Shown piece by piece: positions 23,801 through 36,969 of a DNA stretch of 64,000 nucleotides. Origin of the DNA: Eutreptiella sp. 'Long Island Sound 2002' (lineage: Eukaryota > Protista > Euglenida); assembly GCA_964036045.1 (NCBI GenBank), contig OZ038378.1:187426001-187490000 (forward strand), given 5' to 3'. Position 1 is the stretch's first letter. Each line of letters begins with the position of its first letter. Under the pieces are notes generated by a model. That model was not told the origin of the DNA. It saw only the letters and a list, made by a program, of their open reading frames with translations, and searched no databases. A program made the translations under genes and the position numbers.

Positions 23801-25568
23801 TGGTACATGCAACGAAGCCATAAGCTAAAGATGGCTAAAGATGTGGAGGAATAGGCTGTCAATTCCTAATATCACATACTTCAATAGTCCATTGACTTGG
23901 GAGAGCTCACTTTCCCCCCAGCACCAAGTCAAAATGCATACCTACACCATCAATGAACCTTTTTAACTAAACCGTCTTAAGAAGAGCATCTTCAACGTAG
24001 GCATCCCGGCCAGATGCAAACAGTGCAAACATTGTGCAAGCACCTGGATGACCACCAGATGTTGGGAGACCACACATATATGGGAGATATGGGACAATAT
24101 GCTTCGGAAGAGTTGGTGTCAGATACCAAAATGGGGGGTAGGAAGAACGCCATGAATAGCTTAGAACCTTCCCATGTACATCCAGCAAGGAGGGACAAGC
24201 TTACATATCTCTCGGGGACGGTACTGAATGTGCCAACTCAGTGAGTTTTCTGTGGTCGTCGTCATTGTTGCCTGATTTGTGCCCACAGTTTGTCCCATAG
24301 GGGGGGGGGGGTATATGGGGTATATTCGAAAAGCCCTTGAAAAGGGCTATTTGGAACACCCGGGTCTGCATGTTGTACTACCGACATGTTTCAGATTTTG
24401 TCCGTCTTGGATGATGCCTGTGTTGCTTGCTGCCTCTTTTTGTCAACACGCAGCTACCATGTTCACATACAAATTCACTCCACGGGCTGTTGCTTCCCCG
24501 GATGCACCACAAAAGCCTTTGGTGCATAAAAGGGCTTGCTCTCGGGGTGCAGAGTGGGTGCAGGTGACTCGGCATCCTACCAAGCAGGCCAAGAAACCTC
24601 GTACAATTGTACAATCAGTTCACAGCAACAACAGAGATCCATGGGCGTGTCGGGACAAATTCGCAATTGTCTACTCCTTGACACCAAAAGGCCAATAGCT
24701 CTATCATATTGTGTCATTGAGGCCTAACTCTTGCATTTTTGAATTCTGCACATCAAAGTTCATCAATATAGCCTATTTGATTGTGTTGTGATATGTTGGA
24801 GCATCCCCGGCACGGGGAAACCTGGGTTGCATCCTAGCACCGTCCAACCTCGGCCCCCGATTCTGCAAAAATATGGTTTCGGGACCCCCCCCCCCCATAC
24901 ATTTCTGAAACGGCCTTTTCCACAGATTTCAAAAAGTATACACATACCCCCCCCCCCAAAGGGACGAAATTTTGGCGCGTTGGACCAAAAGTTCAGAAAA
25001 CCCACGAAAAGTACCTAAACCCACCGCGTTGGCGCATTCTGAATGTCCCCGAGAGATATGGATTTGGGACCTATGTGCAGATGGGGGTATTGAGCCAAAC
25101 CTTGGCCCACCAACCTCAACTGTGCCTCCGACTGTGCCTCCAAACGTATCAAAGCCCCAAGCCAACAATTCGTGGCAACCAAGTGAGAGCTAGCAGGCAA
25201 CACCTAGGGGACTACTAATGGATATCATGAATGTATTGTGGGATAGTCGTTGAATTGTTGTACAAAACCCAATGTTTTGCAAAAAAAATTTTCAATGGGG
25301 ATTGGACAGACTACACTGTGTCAATTGTATTGTAGGAGCATTGTTCATAGAGCAGTCCTTGTAGGGCAGGTGGGTGTTTGGGGCACAACAAAACCTAAGA
25401 CCCACACACACCCAGCCGTGGAGGCCCCCTAAATGAAATGGACATTTGTGTTCTTGGATGTGATAAACTCCCGAAATGTGTTCTATGTGGAGATGAACCC
25501 TCTATGAAGCTATGTCTACTGCAGTTTTGGCTTCAGTGGAACATTTTCTCTCCCCTCTTTGGGATGAC

Positions 25569-25668
25569 AGCCCCTTGTGGGAGTGAACATTAACAGAAAA
25601 ACTCAGAGAAGAGTTACTAGCCCCTTGTGGGAGTGAACATCAACATAAAACCTCAGAGAAGAGTTACT
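25569..25668. repeat. Tandem duplication of a 50-bp unit
   Basis: AGCCCCTTGTGGGAGTGAACAT...CTCAGAGAAGAGTTACT at 25569-25618 and 25619-25668. Confidence 0.9.
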
Positions 25669-27039
25669 GCATCTCATACTTTATGGAGAGGTTTATGTAG
25701 CCAGCCTGCAGATCACCAATTGGTCGCAATTTTTCCTCATCCAACAAGCTATGTTATGTGGGTGCGGGGGCAGGCCGATGGGTTTGGTGGCTGATATCCG
25801 AGATGGGTCCTAGAACCCATGGCCTCAGACCTCTTCCGCCAAAGCATGCCACGCATGCTTTACTCTTGCTTGACCACAATAGCATTGTGGTAGTAATCCA
25901 AATGCAAGAGACTGGATACCAACATGCCTGTATGACTTGCGTGTACTTCTTCAGCGGTGGGGGCCCACATAGGCCGAGCCACCAGTCAAGCCACAGGGAA
26001 ACATGCAAACGTGTAGGACCTGCACCATCCGATCATTCAGCTTAGCAATCATATACACCATACACCCGGGGGCATCTGTGAAATGTTGCGCTGATCGTGT
26101 GCGGCTACCTCCAGCTGGAAGAGCGCCCTCTCCCCCTCACCCGTCGACCCAACGTGGTCGCCAACGGCTACCTTGGGACACGGCTACCTTGGGAAAAAGG
26201 TTGCCATGCAGCACATTGTCCAGTGGCACCATTGGCACCTCATAATCCTCATCGCTGCAGGCGATGTCTTGTGGGTTAACTGTACAGTGGGCGGGCAGCC
26301 CAAGGCCTATGCTCCTGAACATGCACACATACACACACACACACACACTCTCTCTCTCTCTCTCTACCTACCCAAAGCCCACCATGCACAATACAATTTG
26401 TAAGCGTAAATGTTAAGCCCACCACTTTTCATAGGCCTGGTGAGAAGAATCCACATCTATCCTAAGCACCTCGGAGCACTCAAAGGTAAGACTCCAAAGG
26501 TCAACTGTGTGCCCAGTGTCTGAACATGCCTGTACGTGGAATGGTGTTCGGTGGTGATCGACTGAAGGTCTACAAATAAGATATATTGCTGCAGTCTTGA
26601 AATTCTTCAATGATCCAGGCAACAGTGGATGTTTATCTTCGAGCTTCCGCGTCGAGATTTTGAGTAACGGTGGTGCAAGTGTGCCGGCAGCGGGTTGTCC
26701 GCAGGATATGACGCCTACTCCCGACCCTGCGGTTTCAACATTCTAGTGTCGAGAAGATGCCCGGTGCTACACCTCATGGTTCCTTCCAGCAGAAGGGTCA
26801 AGACAGCAGTGTGTTTGTTGATCAGCTTGAATTGAACAGTAAAAGGAGTTCCCCTTAGCACATGACTCTCTCTGTGGAATTTGGAGACCGAAAGCATTGG
26901 GCTGAGGACTGCAGCTATTGATCTCATTTGTGTTTGTATTGGGACGTGAACAGACCAATGGCTGTTGGTCATATCGCAGCCCAAGCATATCCATTGCATG
27001 TCTGTCCCTTGCTGTAGGCAGTTTTCTCCAGATGCATCT

Positions 27040-27415
27040 ATGGGCCCATCACAACCGCCCGAAGCTGGACCCTGCACCGATGACACGTGCACCACAACAC
27101 AAACCGCCAGTGGCTCTGGTGCAGCCACTCTTCAACAAACCGTTGCCACACTGGGAGCCTTAGGGGACTTCTTAGATGCCCACGCCGTATATCACCAGCT
27201 ATGCAAAGTGGACTTCTGCCTCCTGACGCTTGGCGACCGTGTTCCGTGCCATTGGCTGGACGCCCTGGTGCCCGCCCTGGACTACCGTTGTGCAGACCTG
27301 TCCCCCTTGGCTGAGATGGTGCAGGAGGGGGCTGTCCTTGAAACCTGGCCCCCGGATCTAAAAGCGTTTGTGCGGCAGGCATTTGATCTACGATTGACGG
27401 GCAATGGGACTCGAG
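27040..27415 (+). CDS. METTL25: METTL25/RRNAD1-family SAM methyltransferase, exon 1 of 7
   Basis: ATG just after a TTTTCTCCAG acceptor. FL...DF...P..W...L...WPPDLKAFV..AFDLRL N-terminal pattern. Donor G|GTACGT, phase 1. join(27040..27415,28850..29127,29703..30557,31938..32028,33716..33830,36903..36969,38534..38704) = 1953 nt, 650 aa. Symbol is family-level. Confidence 0.8.
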
Positions 27416-28849
27416 GTACGTGCGAGGCGCTCCACTGTCACCCTGTATTTTCGATTTTCTTTGTGAGCTAACGAGCCCAACACCCTTGCTCAACACCCTC
27501 CAACTGTTGTCGGTTGCGGCGGAATATCCCTGAGTGGTCACCGGCTTTCTGTCTTTGCTTTTTGAGCACCCCGTTTAGGAACGGCCCAAATTAGGGAGCG
27601 CTCTCCGTATGTTTTCAGCCCCCCTTCGCCCTTGTCTACCGACCTCCGTCCAATGACGTGAAGTGGGTTCTCCCGATGCTGGCTCAACAGAAGCGGATAA
27701 TGACGCCAGAACAGACTATCCGCTGAGGCAGAAAATGGCCTAGAAGCTGTTGGATTTTGAACAGGCACAGTTGTGACTGATATGAGGCATGTCAGGGGAA
27801 AGGCAAGGAGGGGAGATTCCAGCAACCAATTGCTCAAGTCTCCAATCAGAAATTAGTTCCACTCACCCAGATCCATGTATACTTGCGACTGCAGAGCAAC
27901 CACGCAAACTCTACTTTGCTGGCAGGCTATCACCGGAAGCCATGGTTACATTCGGGAAGGTGTTGCACCCCGCAGTGATGGCAATGCAACCAACAGACGC
28001 TGAATTTATATTGATGAGAGATGGTTGTCGGCCCCCAGAATCACTTTGGCACTCATCACAGATTGTAACACACATGTGAGTGCATCTCAGGTGCCGGAGG
28101 CGTCCTCACGAATATCGTGCAGCTACGGAGGTGCCACCAGAGTACATGTCCGGCAGGTTAGGGAAGGCACCAGAGGTACCTCCAGGACTTGGTGCAAATT
28201 GCCATTCTCTGACCTGAGCTTATTTTAGGCACACTGTTAGCCTGCCCTGCTTGATGAATCTCCCCTCCTTGTTGTTGGCATGACGGCATGCCGCCCACCC
28301 ATAACATGAAACCCAGAATTCGCTCGATGGACTGCCGCAGCTCTGCAGGCATTAAGAAGCTGAAGTGTAGGTGCTTTGAGGCACATCTCATTCTTTGCTG
28401 GCACCCTTCCCTGATGCCTCACTCAGGGGGGGCGGGCAATGCTGCGCAAAAGGGGGCGTGGCAGGTTTATCATGTCCAACAAATAGTCTCAGGGCTCGCC
28501 AGAATTCAGAACCGGATCTCCGGCTTCCTGGTCCCCTCCCGCCATCCGCGAAGTTGTGCAACACAGACACCGAATTTGGAGGCCCAAGATCGAGTGGCTG
28601 GTGGCTAATTACCATTAGGACCTTTTTGCAAATGAGAGATTTCTTTTTGGGCCATCGGTGGCAGGATTCGGTTAATCGGCGGCCGTTGACAACTCAGCAG
28701 ACAGCGGTTGGCCGATGACCGAATGCAGTTATTCGTCGGCTGGTGCTCTCCTGAGGTCCGAGGGCACCAGAGGGCCGCCCTTTTTTTTTTCATTAAGGAC
28801 AGCCCATACACCAAATGTCGAGATGCGCCTGCTCCTGTTTTGTGTTCAG

Positions 28850-29127
28850 TGGTTAGTGGCCCCAGTGGTGCGCCGACCGTGCCCTTGAGCTCGACGGACC
28901 GGGCCGGCATGAACGAGAAGAAGGCCTACGAAGTGGGAATGGCATCCCGATTCGTGCACAGAGCCATGGGCGCCTGCGACTGCCACCATGTCATAGACGT
29001 GGGGGCTGGCAAAGGCTATCTGAGCAAGGTGTTGGCGTATGGGGCCGGCATGGCCCATCGCGTGTGCGCCGTGGACTGCTCCGAGACGAACGTGGCGGCC
29101 ATAGAGCGCCTTGGGCAGCGTTGCAAG
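28850..29127 (+). CDS. METTL25: METTL25-family methyltransferase, exon 2
   Basis: MNEKKAYEV and motif I VIDVGAGKGYLSKVL, VCAVD. Acceptor TGTTCAG phase 1; donor AAG|GTGTGA phase 0. Confidence 0.9.
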
Positions 29128-29702
29128 GTGTGATGGAGTCGCGTCGCCAGCGGTCCCCCTGTCTGACGGCCCCGACTTGCGCAAGGGTGGCGAACATGTC
29201 CAACCCGTTGTCCTCATGACCCGTAAGCAATGCGAGTTAAGGTGTTTGTGAGCCGCTTGCAGTGGGAAAGAGAGGCTGGGGCATGCCTGTGAAGAGCTGT
29301 TGCCGCTCGTTGACAACAATGTGCATGAGACTGCACCGCGAGTGGGCCGGTGGGTCGGAGGTGGAAAACAATTTCGTGCGGCTGCAATGAGCCGCTGATT
29401 CCGGGCCCTTTGATAGATTGCATTTCCCCGCCCGAGGAAACGTTATCGGCTGCGGTGGTGGGTCGGTCGGCGGGCGCTGGCGGGGGGGAAGGGAGACCCC
29501 GAGAGCAGTGGCCCGGGCTGCAACCCTCGTCAACTCGGCCCGAGCTGCTGTCCAACACATCCGCGTCTTGTTGCACGACGGGCCGCACGTCGGCGCCGGG
29601 GATCCGACTGTTGTGTTGCCTGACCTCGGCGGTGCCTGCGCGAGGCGGATGGGGTCCACCCGCCCCCCACCCCCCGGTCACTGCGGGCCATCTCCGTTCC
29701 AG

Positions 29703-30557
29703 GCTTCACCCTCCGGCCGCCTCCGTGCCATCGTGGCGCGCCTGCCCGGACCCATTTCCGCCACCAAAACCAACCAAAAGACGGTGCACGAGCTGCAGAC
29801 TTTGGCGCGACGCGCCTTCGCAGATCCCTCGCCCGCCGCCCTCCGCGCAGGCCCCGACCGGCCCCCCCCTGCGGACGCCGCCCCCGGCCCCTGCGCCGCG
29901 GCCCCCCCGGAGGCCGCGGGCCGCCCCCCGCAGTACGCGGTGTGCGGGCTGCATTGCTGCGGGGGTCTGACCTCGAGCACCCTCAGCGCGTTTCTGCACG
30001 ACCCCGACGCGGCGGTGCTGTGTGTCGTGGGCTGCTGCTACAATCTGCTGGTGCCCGATGACCGCGTGGAGGCAGGGGCCGAGGCCTCCGGTGGCTCGAC
30101 AGCCCCGGACGCCCTTGACGCTCCTGTGGCCCCTCCTCCCCCTCCGACCCTGACTGACCGCGATGCACTGTCGAGCGGTCACGTGTCGGCCGCTCCCACT
30201 CCCTCGAGTGCCCCCTGTGCGGCCCCCGTTGCTGCCGTCGTAGCACGGGAGCAGACGTGTGGCCCCCCTGCGGACGTCGCGCCCGCGACCTCCGTTGGCC
30301 CCCTGGTGACCGCTGTCGCCCCCGGCCCCTCCCCCGCCGGGCCCGGCGCCCCCGTTACGGGCAGTGACCTGCTGTTCGGTGCGGGCGCCCCCCCGTGTGA
30401 CCACTTCCCCATGTCGGCGGCGCTGCGCTGTGACCGCCCGCCCGCGAGCCTCACGAGGAACACGTTGATGTTGGCGTGCCAGTCACTGCACGGGCCCGTG
30501 CCCAAGCACTTGACGGCGGAGTCCTTGCAGGCCGTGGCGTTCAGGGCGGTCATGCAG
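29703..30557 (+). CDS. METTL25: METTL25-family methyltransferase, exon 3
   Basis: VCGLHCCGGLT...VVGCCYNLL and FPMS...LMLACQ...FRAVMQ motifs with Pro/Ala-rich insertions. Acceptor TTCCAG phase 0; donor CAG|GTGTGT. Confidence 0.9.
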
Positions 30558-31141
30558 GTGTGTATGGCCCTGGGGCACAAGGCCGTTTTGTTTTGTCTTC
30601 ATAACAGTGACGCCACGGGGGGTCAAGCTCCGTTCGCATGATCCATTTTGGTGCGAGGCTTCGCGCTCTCCGCTTCAGAATGCTGCGAGGAGGGACCACA
30701 CATCCAGCGAGGGGCTCCACTTGGGGGCGGATGGGCTCTATGCGACGGCGGTTGAGCTGTGAGGGGGGGTGATTGGGCTGCGACCGATCGCGATTGGGCC
30801 GTAACCATGCGGGAGCTGGCCAGTGACCCACGGTTGTTACACCAGAGGAAGTTGCCTGAGGCAGAGGTCACTCGCACAGTGCACAGTGCATTGTGCAGGA
30901 TCCTCGACAATCTCGGTCCCAATCCTCAGTCCTGCACGTACCCGGGGAAGCACCGTGCATCCTGTGATGGGCATGTAGGCAAAATACTCCTTCTGGCACC
31001 TCCGGCGCTAACGGGCACGTTAACCCCCCCCCCCCCCCGCAAAAAAAAAACAGCCAAGCCCAGTGGCCTTTTGTAACCAACTGTGGCCATAGACCTGGGA
31101 CGGGGGGCGGAGGGGGCAGGGGAGGGGGGGGGGGGAGTCAA

Positions 31142-31664
31142 CCCCGTCGCTACCGGGTGCCAGGGCAACCCCTGCTCAACCGGCATCAGGTGGGGGGTGT
31201 CTCCCGCAGCCCAGATGGGCTGTCTGCGCAACAGGAGTGGGAGCCCATCAGGGGCAGGCCAACCGTGAGGGGGAAAAGAACATATGGTGGACGGCCCGGA
31301 CAGCGCGTGGAGGAACAGGGCACCTGGGCCGCACAGAAACACAGCGAGGCAGGCAATGGACGGCCTGTGGACAGAGGTGTGTGGACAGCAAAAACAGTCA
31401 AACGACCTCGGCAACAACCAGCACATCCTCAATACGCCAACTATTGGGCGCCGTTGACACGCAAACGGCACACCATGCCACATTCAGCACAGTCCCAACA
31501 CACCAACCATTGGGCTCCGCGAACGCGGAAACGACACTAGCAAGAGCACCGGCCGCAGCGGCCGACAGAAAGTAGCGACCCGACGCAACATGCGAAGGGA
31601 AGAACGGGTGACCGTCCAGGGCCCCGTAAAGGAGCAACAACCAGACGGAATGTCACACAGGGGG
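31142..31664. mobile_element. About 520-bp interspersed repeat, copy 2 (METTL25 intron 3)
   Basis: Paralogous to 11635-12157 in the same orientation. Confidence 0.85.
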
Positions 31665-31937
31665 ATTCGCGTGACCGGACCGAGGAGGTTCCCATCCCCC
31701 CCCCTCGTGCGCACAATGAGCACATACCGGGCTGCGCCACCCCCCAATGGCTTCTCCTACGGCCCTCCAGCCCCAGAACATCAGCAACCTCAAAACCTGC
31801 AGCCCCAACGCCCGTCCCCCCACTGTGGGCCCATCCAGGTTCCACGAGCCAACACAGACTTCTACTTGCTACTACCCTCGCCCCCTCGGATTACCTTGTT
31901 GCCTACTTCACAGTGATTTCTTTTCTTCTCTGTGCAG

Positions 31938-32028
31938 CTCTTCCTGCAGCACGAGTTGGGGGTCATGCCCTCAAGGCAACGGCTCAGTCCGAAACAGAAA
32001 GCCCAGTCTACATTTGCTGAGTACTCAG
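31938..32028 (+). CDS. METTL25: METTL25-family methyltransferase, exon 4
   Basis: TTTTCTTCTCTGTGCAG acceptor, phase 0. Reads LFLQHELGVMPSRQRLSPKQKAQSTFAEYS. Donor G|GTGTTA, phase 1. Confidence 0.8.
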
Positions 32029-32092
32029 GTGTTACGGTGTGGGTTCGTGGGTGTTAGTGCTATCGCATCGCTCCCTTCCTCCCTCCCTCCCT

Positions 32093-32098
<6 letters not shown>

Positions 32099-32141
<43 letters not shown>
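32099..32141. repeat. (CT)n microsatellite
   Basis: Read directly. Confidence 0.95.
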
Positions 32142-32144
<3 letters not shown>

Positions 32145-33715
32145 GTCTCTCTCTGTGCTTGTGTTTGTGTGTGTGTGTCTGTGTGTGTAATTGGGATCCT
32201 TCAGCGTCACAGCTGCCTGGCCACTGCTCCGAAGATGACATGTGCATGTCACACGATGCATTCCGACAAATAAGCAGCTTGTGCCCCTGCCGCCTACAGA
32301 AAGGCGCCTCGTGCGTGTTATGAACTCATCTTTTGACTGTTTTTTGGCACATGCCTGACGAGAATTCTGCATTCAGCGCTGTTCTAAGTGCCTGTTTCTC
32401 GTGGACATCGTGTGTTTGTGTGTGTATGTGTATGTGTATGTGTGTGTGTGTGTGGATCCGTGTAAATGATTATGCATGTTTGTCCCCTAGGCCTCCTTCC
32501 CTGTGACGACCGCCGTGTCCAATGCACTGCTGTGTCCCCAGCTGCCCATCTCAGGGATGGTATAATTTCCGTGTGACAGTGACAGCCAGGGGCATGGCGC
32601 TCTGTGCATCATGACTGGGTCTGTGGTAAAACTTATCAAAAATTTTTACTAAGTTTACTAATTTTCAAAACTTAGTAAAAAACATTTTGTTCCTAAGTTT
32701 TTCCTCTGCGGGTGGGTTTTTTACTAGCTAATTTGCTGAGTAGAAAAATTTTTTTTCGACTAATTAAGTTGTTTTGTACACATTTTTTTCCTACAGAGTA
32801 GATTACTCAGTAAAAAAACCTCGTGGGCCACTGCTGATTTTGTACCCTGCTCTGAAGCTTTGGGGACCCCCCAGACCGCAGGGGTTATGTAGCCAATCTG
32901 CCCTACTTCCCTACTTCAGCAGCCATGCCTCAGTTGTTACGGTCCAGGCAAAGTACATTCTGGCTGGGAGACAGACATGCAACGATGTGGTTGAAGTTGA
33001 GTGATTCAGTGAATTGCATTGCGGCCCCACAGACCCAACGGGGTACCCAAACAGCCAATGAACGCTGTACGTCGCGTGTTCGTCAATAGAGTGATATGTA
33101 GCATCTGCGCCCCGCATTGAAGGTCATTTAAATTCACTGGGCGATCATATCAACCTGAACATTCCGCCCTTCAGACCGCAGGGTGATGACCACAGAGAGG
33201 TGACAAGGGTTGGCACCTTGAGGGGGGCTTCAGCGAGGGCTGTGTGGGTGTGCAGTGATGGCATGCTGCGTAGGCCCAGACGCATGCTGGGTGAAGTGGG
33301 GAACGGCATCACGCCTCTGGGCACAGAGGGGGGGTCGTGGTCCTGCATGGGGAGGCCTCAGCTCTGCAAGGGAGGGTCCTCAGGGCTGGACAAACAGAAC
33401 CAATCAAACTGCCATGTTCCAACTGTCGCAGAAAGGCGCCTATTCGCTAGATACTTTCGTTGCTGTTTGCGGCCGGACGAGACAAATACACTCAGACCAC
33501 CACTTTGTTGCTCTGTTTGTCCGCTACGGGTGTGTGCACGTGTCAATCAGCATTTGGAGCCCGGCCATGTTCTACAGGGGGTCAGCCTCCTGGAGGCTGC
33601 GTCCACACTGTTCTGTTTCTGCTGCTGCCCCACCTCGTGGGTCCTGTAGCAGGGGCTGTGTGCGTCCGTTGTGACTTGTGTATTGCCTCCCCGCCTACGC
33701 ATCGGCTGTTTGCAG

Positions 33716-33830
33716 CGTGTGTCTTGGAACGACCTCTGGGGCTTATGGGCTGGCTGCAAAAGCAGGGGCACTGGGCTGCTGACAGTGACGCTAGGGAGGC
33801 GTATTTCCTGCAGCAGCTACCCTCTCTCAG
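33716..33830 (+). CDS. METTL25: METTL25-family methyltransferase, exon 5
   Basis: TTTGCAG acceptor, phase 1. Reads ACVLERPLGL...EAYFLQQLPSL. Donor AG|GTCTGT, phase 2. Confidence 0.75.
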
Positions 33831-34702
33831 GTCTGTCCAGACCCCCACATGTGCCTTGTCCTTTTCTGCCATCCGAGCCCCTGCCAGTGGCCAAGAAGGG
33901 GTTCAGGCCAGATCCCATCCTCCCCAAAACTGCCGCTGCCATCGGCAGGAACGGGGGCCACCAACGGCAGAATGCCTGGAAGTGATGCGCACCACTGATG
34001 GGTAACATTTGGTGATCTGGAACCCTTGGCCCTGTGTTTCACTTCCCACATCAGTGGCGGCCAGCACCCTTCAAACTTCACTGTTATGGCACTGACTGAA
34101 CGTGATGGCTGCCGGTCCCGGCATGCGGGGGATGCCAAGGAGCAAAAGCACCATTTCTGAGGAGAGTGACACTTGCCCCACCCTCGCCTACCTAAAAGCG
34201 TTTCCCCTGGTGGCATCAGACAAGCACTGTAGATGTAGGCAGCTTCCAACTGAAAACTCCAACTGGTGTTTATAACCGGAAGCACTGAGCGGCACACTTA
34301 CCGGACCTTTGTGGCACCACCTCACACCCCACCCCACCCCACCCCACCCCACCCACCACCCACGACCTGCTCCCCTCTAGTACATCCGTGACCACCTTCC
34401 CCTGATCCCTGTCTGAATCCCTGCGTGACAATTGATGAAGGGGAAACAGGAGATTGGGGGACTTAGTTTGTGCTCAAGAAAATTTCTTTTAGGCCATTTT
34501 TGACGCACAAATACTTGGTTGGGTCTTACCCTCTTCCCCAGGAGCTGCCAGGATTGGGATGTCCTGTGGCCAAATCCCCCACTCTGATGGCAGAACTTGC
34601 GAACAAGATCAGCACTCTGTTGTCCTGTGGTCTGGTGCTTTGACTGTATCACTGGTGAACCTCTGCGGAACACTGGTGTTGCAGAGTGCGATGCACTGGT
34701 CT

Positions 34703-34980
34703 TCTGTGTCACAGGCACAGTGTGACTAGACAAAGCAGTGCCAGAGCCAAGTGTGACTGGGCAACGTAGCGCCTGAGGCACAGTGGAACGGAACGAAACA
34801 GTAGCTGAGGCACACTGTGGTGGGGCGAGTCAGTGCCTGGGGTACAGGGTCACTTCGGAAAACAGTGCCTCACGTACAGTGTGGCGGGGCAATGCAGTGC
34901 CTGAGGCACTGGGTATGAGGGCAGACTAGTGCCTGAGGCACTGTGGGACTGAACAGAACTGTAGCCAAGGCGCACAGTGA
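34703..34980. repeat. 32-bp-period array with a palindromic core and variable spacers
   Basis: Cores related to CAGTGCCTGAGGCACTG start at about 34703, 34736, 34767, 34799, 34831, 34863, 34895, 34927 and 34959. Confidence 0.8.
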
Positions 34981-35668
34981 TTGGGCACCACTGGGCCCCC
35001 ACACCCTGGCATGGTATCTGGCCCCACAAATTCGCACTGGGGGGGGGGGGGGGAGCAGGACTGGTACGCGCACATTGGCGCTGTCCTGAGGCCAGGGGTC
35101 ACCCGCTGTGCTCCTGCCAGTCAACGTAAGCCACATGGGGAAGAGTTGGCATAGCCAATGTCTCAGCATTCGAAGTGTTGCCCCTGTCGGCTGTCAGGGG
35201 TCCCCTTGCCACCTGTCCCGAGGCGCGATACCAAGTGTTGAATACTAGCCTCAGGTGGAGCACAGGGAAGTTTCCTCTCACAATCACAATCACAGCTCGC
35301 TGTTTCTACGGGGGCCAGCCTGAAGAGTGCCAGCTCCTTCTCCTCCTCAGCGTGGCAGGTGACCTAGAGACAGACCTCAGAAAACGAAAGCAACATGGGC
35401 ATGTGAGTCTGAACCCACTCTTGCAAGCTGTTGCATTCACTTAGCTCACACCTGCTCCTCCTAATGCCAGTGTGGATTACTGCCACCCTCAACTTGCTGG
35501 CACCGGTGCCACCACAGGAGCGGACGCCATGGAGGGGGTCTGTTGCAATGGTGAGCATTTTGTCGTACAGTCCATCCCGACCGATGAAACTGCTATTTCA
35601 CACACAACAATATGGCACAGCCACAGCCATTACGACCCCCTCACCCCCACCACGCCCACACCCACGCC

Positions 35669-35710
<42 letters not shown>

Positions 35711-36144
35711 TGGGGGCCTCTGCAGGGCCCACATGGACATTGGACTGATGGTTCTGCAGCATGGTAGGAAAGTAGGAGGGGGGAGGGGCGTCAATAGCCG
35801 AAGAGGGGGGCATGAGCAAGTCCTATGTATGTTAGACGCTCTCCCCCCTCCCCGCATGTTAGATGCACCCCCCCCCCCCCGCTCGAGTCCTATGGGTGCA
35901 TGGGGCAGGGATGTGGGGAGCGGTAGGGCACACGAGCATGCAATGTGTGTTTTGTTGTCTTGTGGCTAGTTTTCAGGGACAGGAGCCAAGGTGTATTAGC
36001 GGCGCTTGTACATATGGAGTCGACTGCCCGTCAGGGCAGCCTTCCTGCAGGGCAGAACATTGAACTCATGGTTTGCAGTAGTGGTAGGAAGTAGTATTGT
36101 TGAACCTCGCAGTTTGAGCATGATTGGAATTGATACTTTGGCAG

Positions 36145-36247
<103 letters not shown>

Positions 36248-36902
36248 ATGTGTTTCCCCATCTTTGCCTTTTTCTACCTTTGCTGTTGGACCCTGCAGCT
36301 TGGAGCTATGGATGCTTGCCCATGCACCAGGGCTATTCTGCTGTGTTGTATGGTTTGTTCATTGCGGCGTTTCCGCACACTGACCGGTTCTTTCATGTTT
36401 ACTAAGGGAGCGGAGAGTCTGACCTTCCACGCCTGCAACTCGCAGCCTGCAGCTGCGCAGTCAGCGGGACACACGGTGAACGACCTGGAGGGAGGGATGG
36501 GGAAGTGTTCCTTATGGTCAAGTAGCTGTGAATCAGTGTGCTAGGGGTCCTGCAAGCCCACACAATGAACAACAAACTCATGGTTATTGCCGCCTGTGAA
36601 GGAGAGTAATTGTTGAACCTTGCAGTTTGAGCATGACGGGAATCATCGTTTTGGCACACACACACACACACACACACATGCACGTGCGCACGTACGCACA
36701 CACGCACATAGGCACGAAAAGCAGGCAGAGCCCTGTGTGGATAGTGCAAGGGCAGTGGGAGGGCATGCACGCGCGCGTGTGTGTGTGTCTGCACGCACCC
36801 GTGTGCTTGTGCGCTTGCAAGTGCATGGGTGCTGGACAGTATTCCCAGCTCCTCCCCTCTCCCCTCCCCATGCCTGCTTCTGCGTGCCTACTTTTAACTC
36901 AG

Positions 36903-36969
36903 GGCTCTACCTGCGTTTGTGGCATTGCAGTTGATGCTCTCGCCCTTGATTGAGCGTCTCTTATTGGAG
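36903..36969 (+). CDS. METTL25: METTL25-family methyltransferase, exon 6
   Basis: TTTTAACTCAG acceptor, phase 2. ALPAFVALQLMLSPLIERLLLE matches the family AF..L...L.P.IE.L.L pattern. Donor GAG|GTACAG. Confidence 0.85.

Noticed and set aside
25600-25630. U6 snRNA-like CAGAGAAGA...GCCCCT
   Set aside because: The similarity arises across the junction of a 50-bp tandem duplication, and the rest of U6 is absent.
30926-31000. METTL25 exon candidate (ASCDGHVGKI resembles the family sequence)
   Set aside because: The nearest acceptor (30898) is out of phase, and the exon at 31938-32028 fits both phase and motif.
32491-32559. Extra symmetric phase-1 METTL25 exon
   Set aside because: Exons 4 and 5 join directly with good family alignment and this segment carries no conserved motif. 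A minor cassette exon cannot be excluded.
34703-34980. True CRISPR array
   Set aside because: Eukaryotic intron, no cas ORFs, spacers only about 15 nt and partly related to each other, and repeats are degenerate. Kept as a tandem repeat finding.
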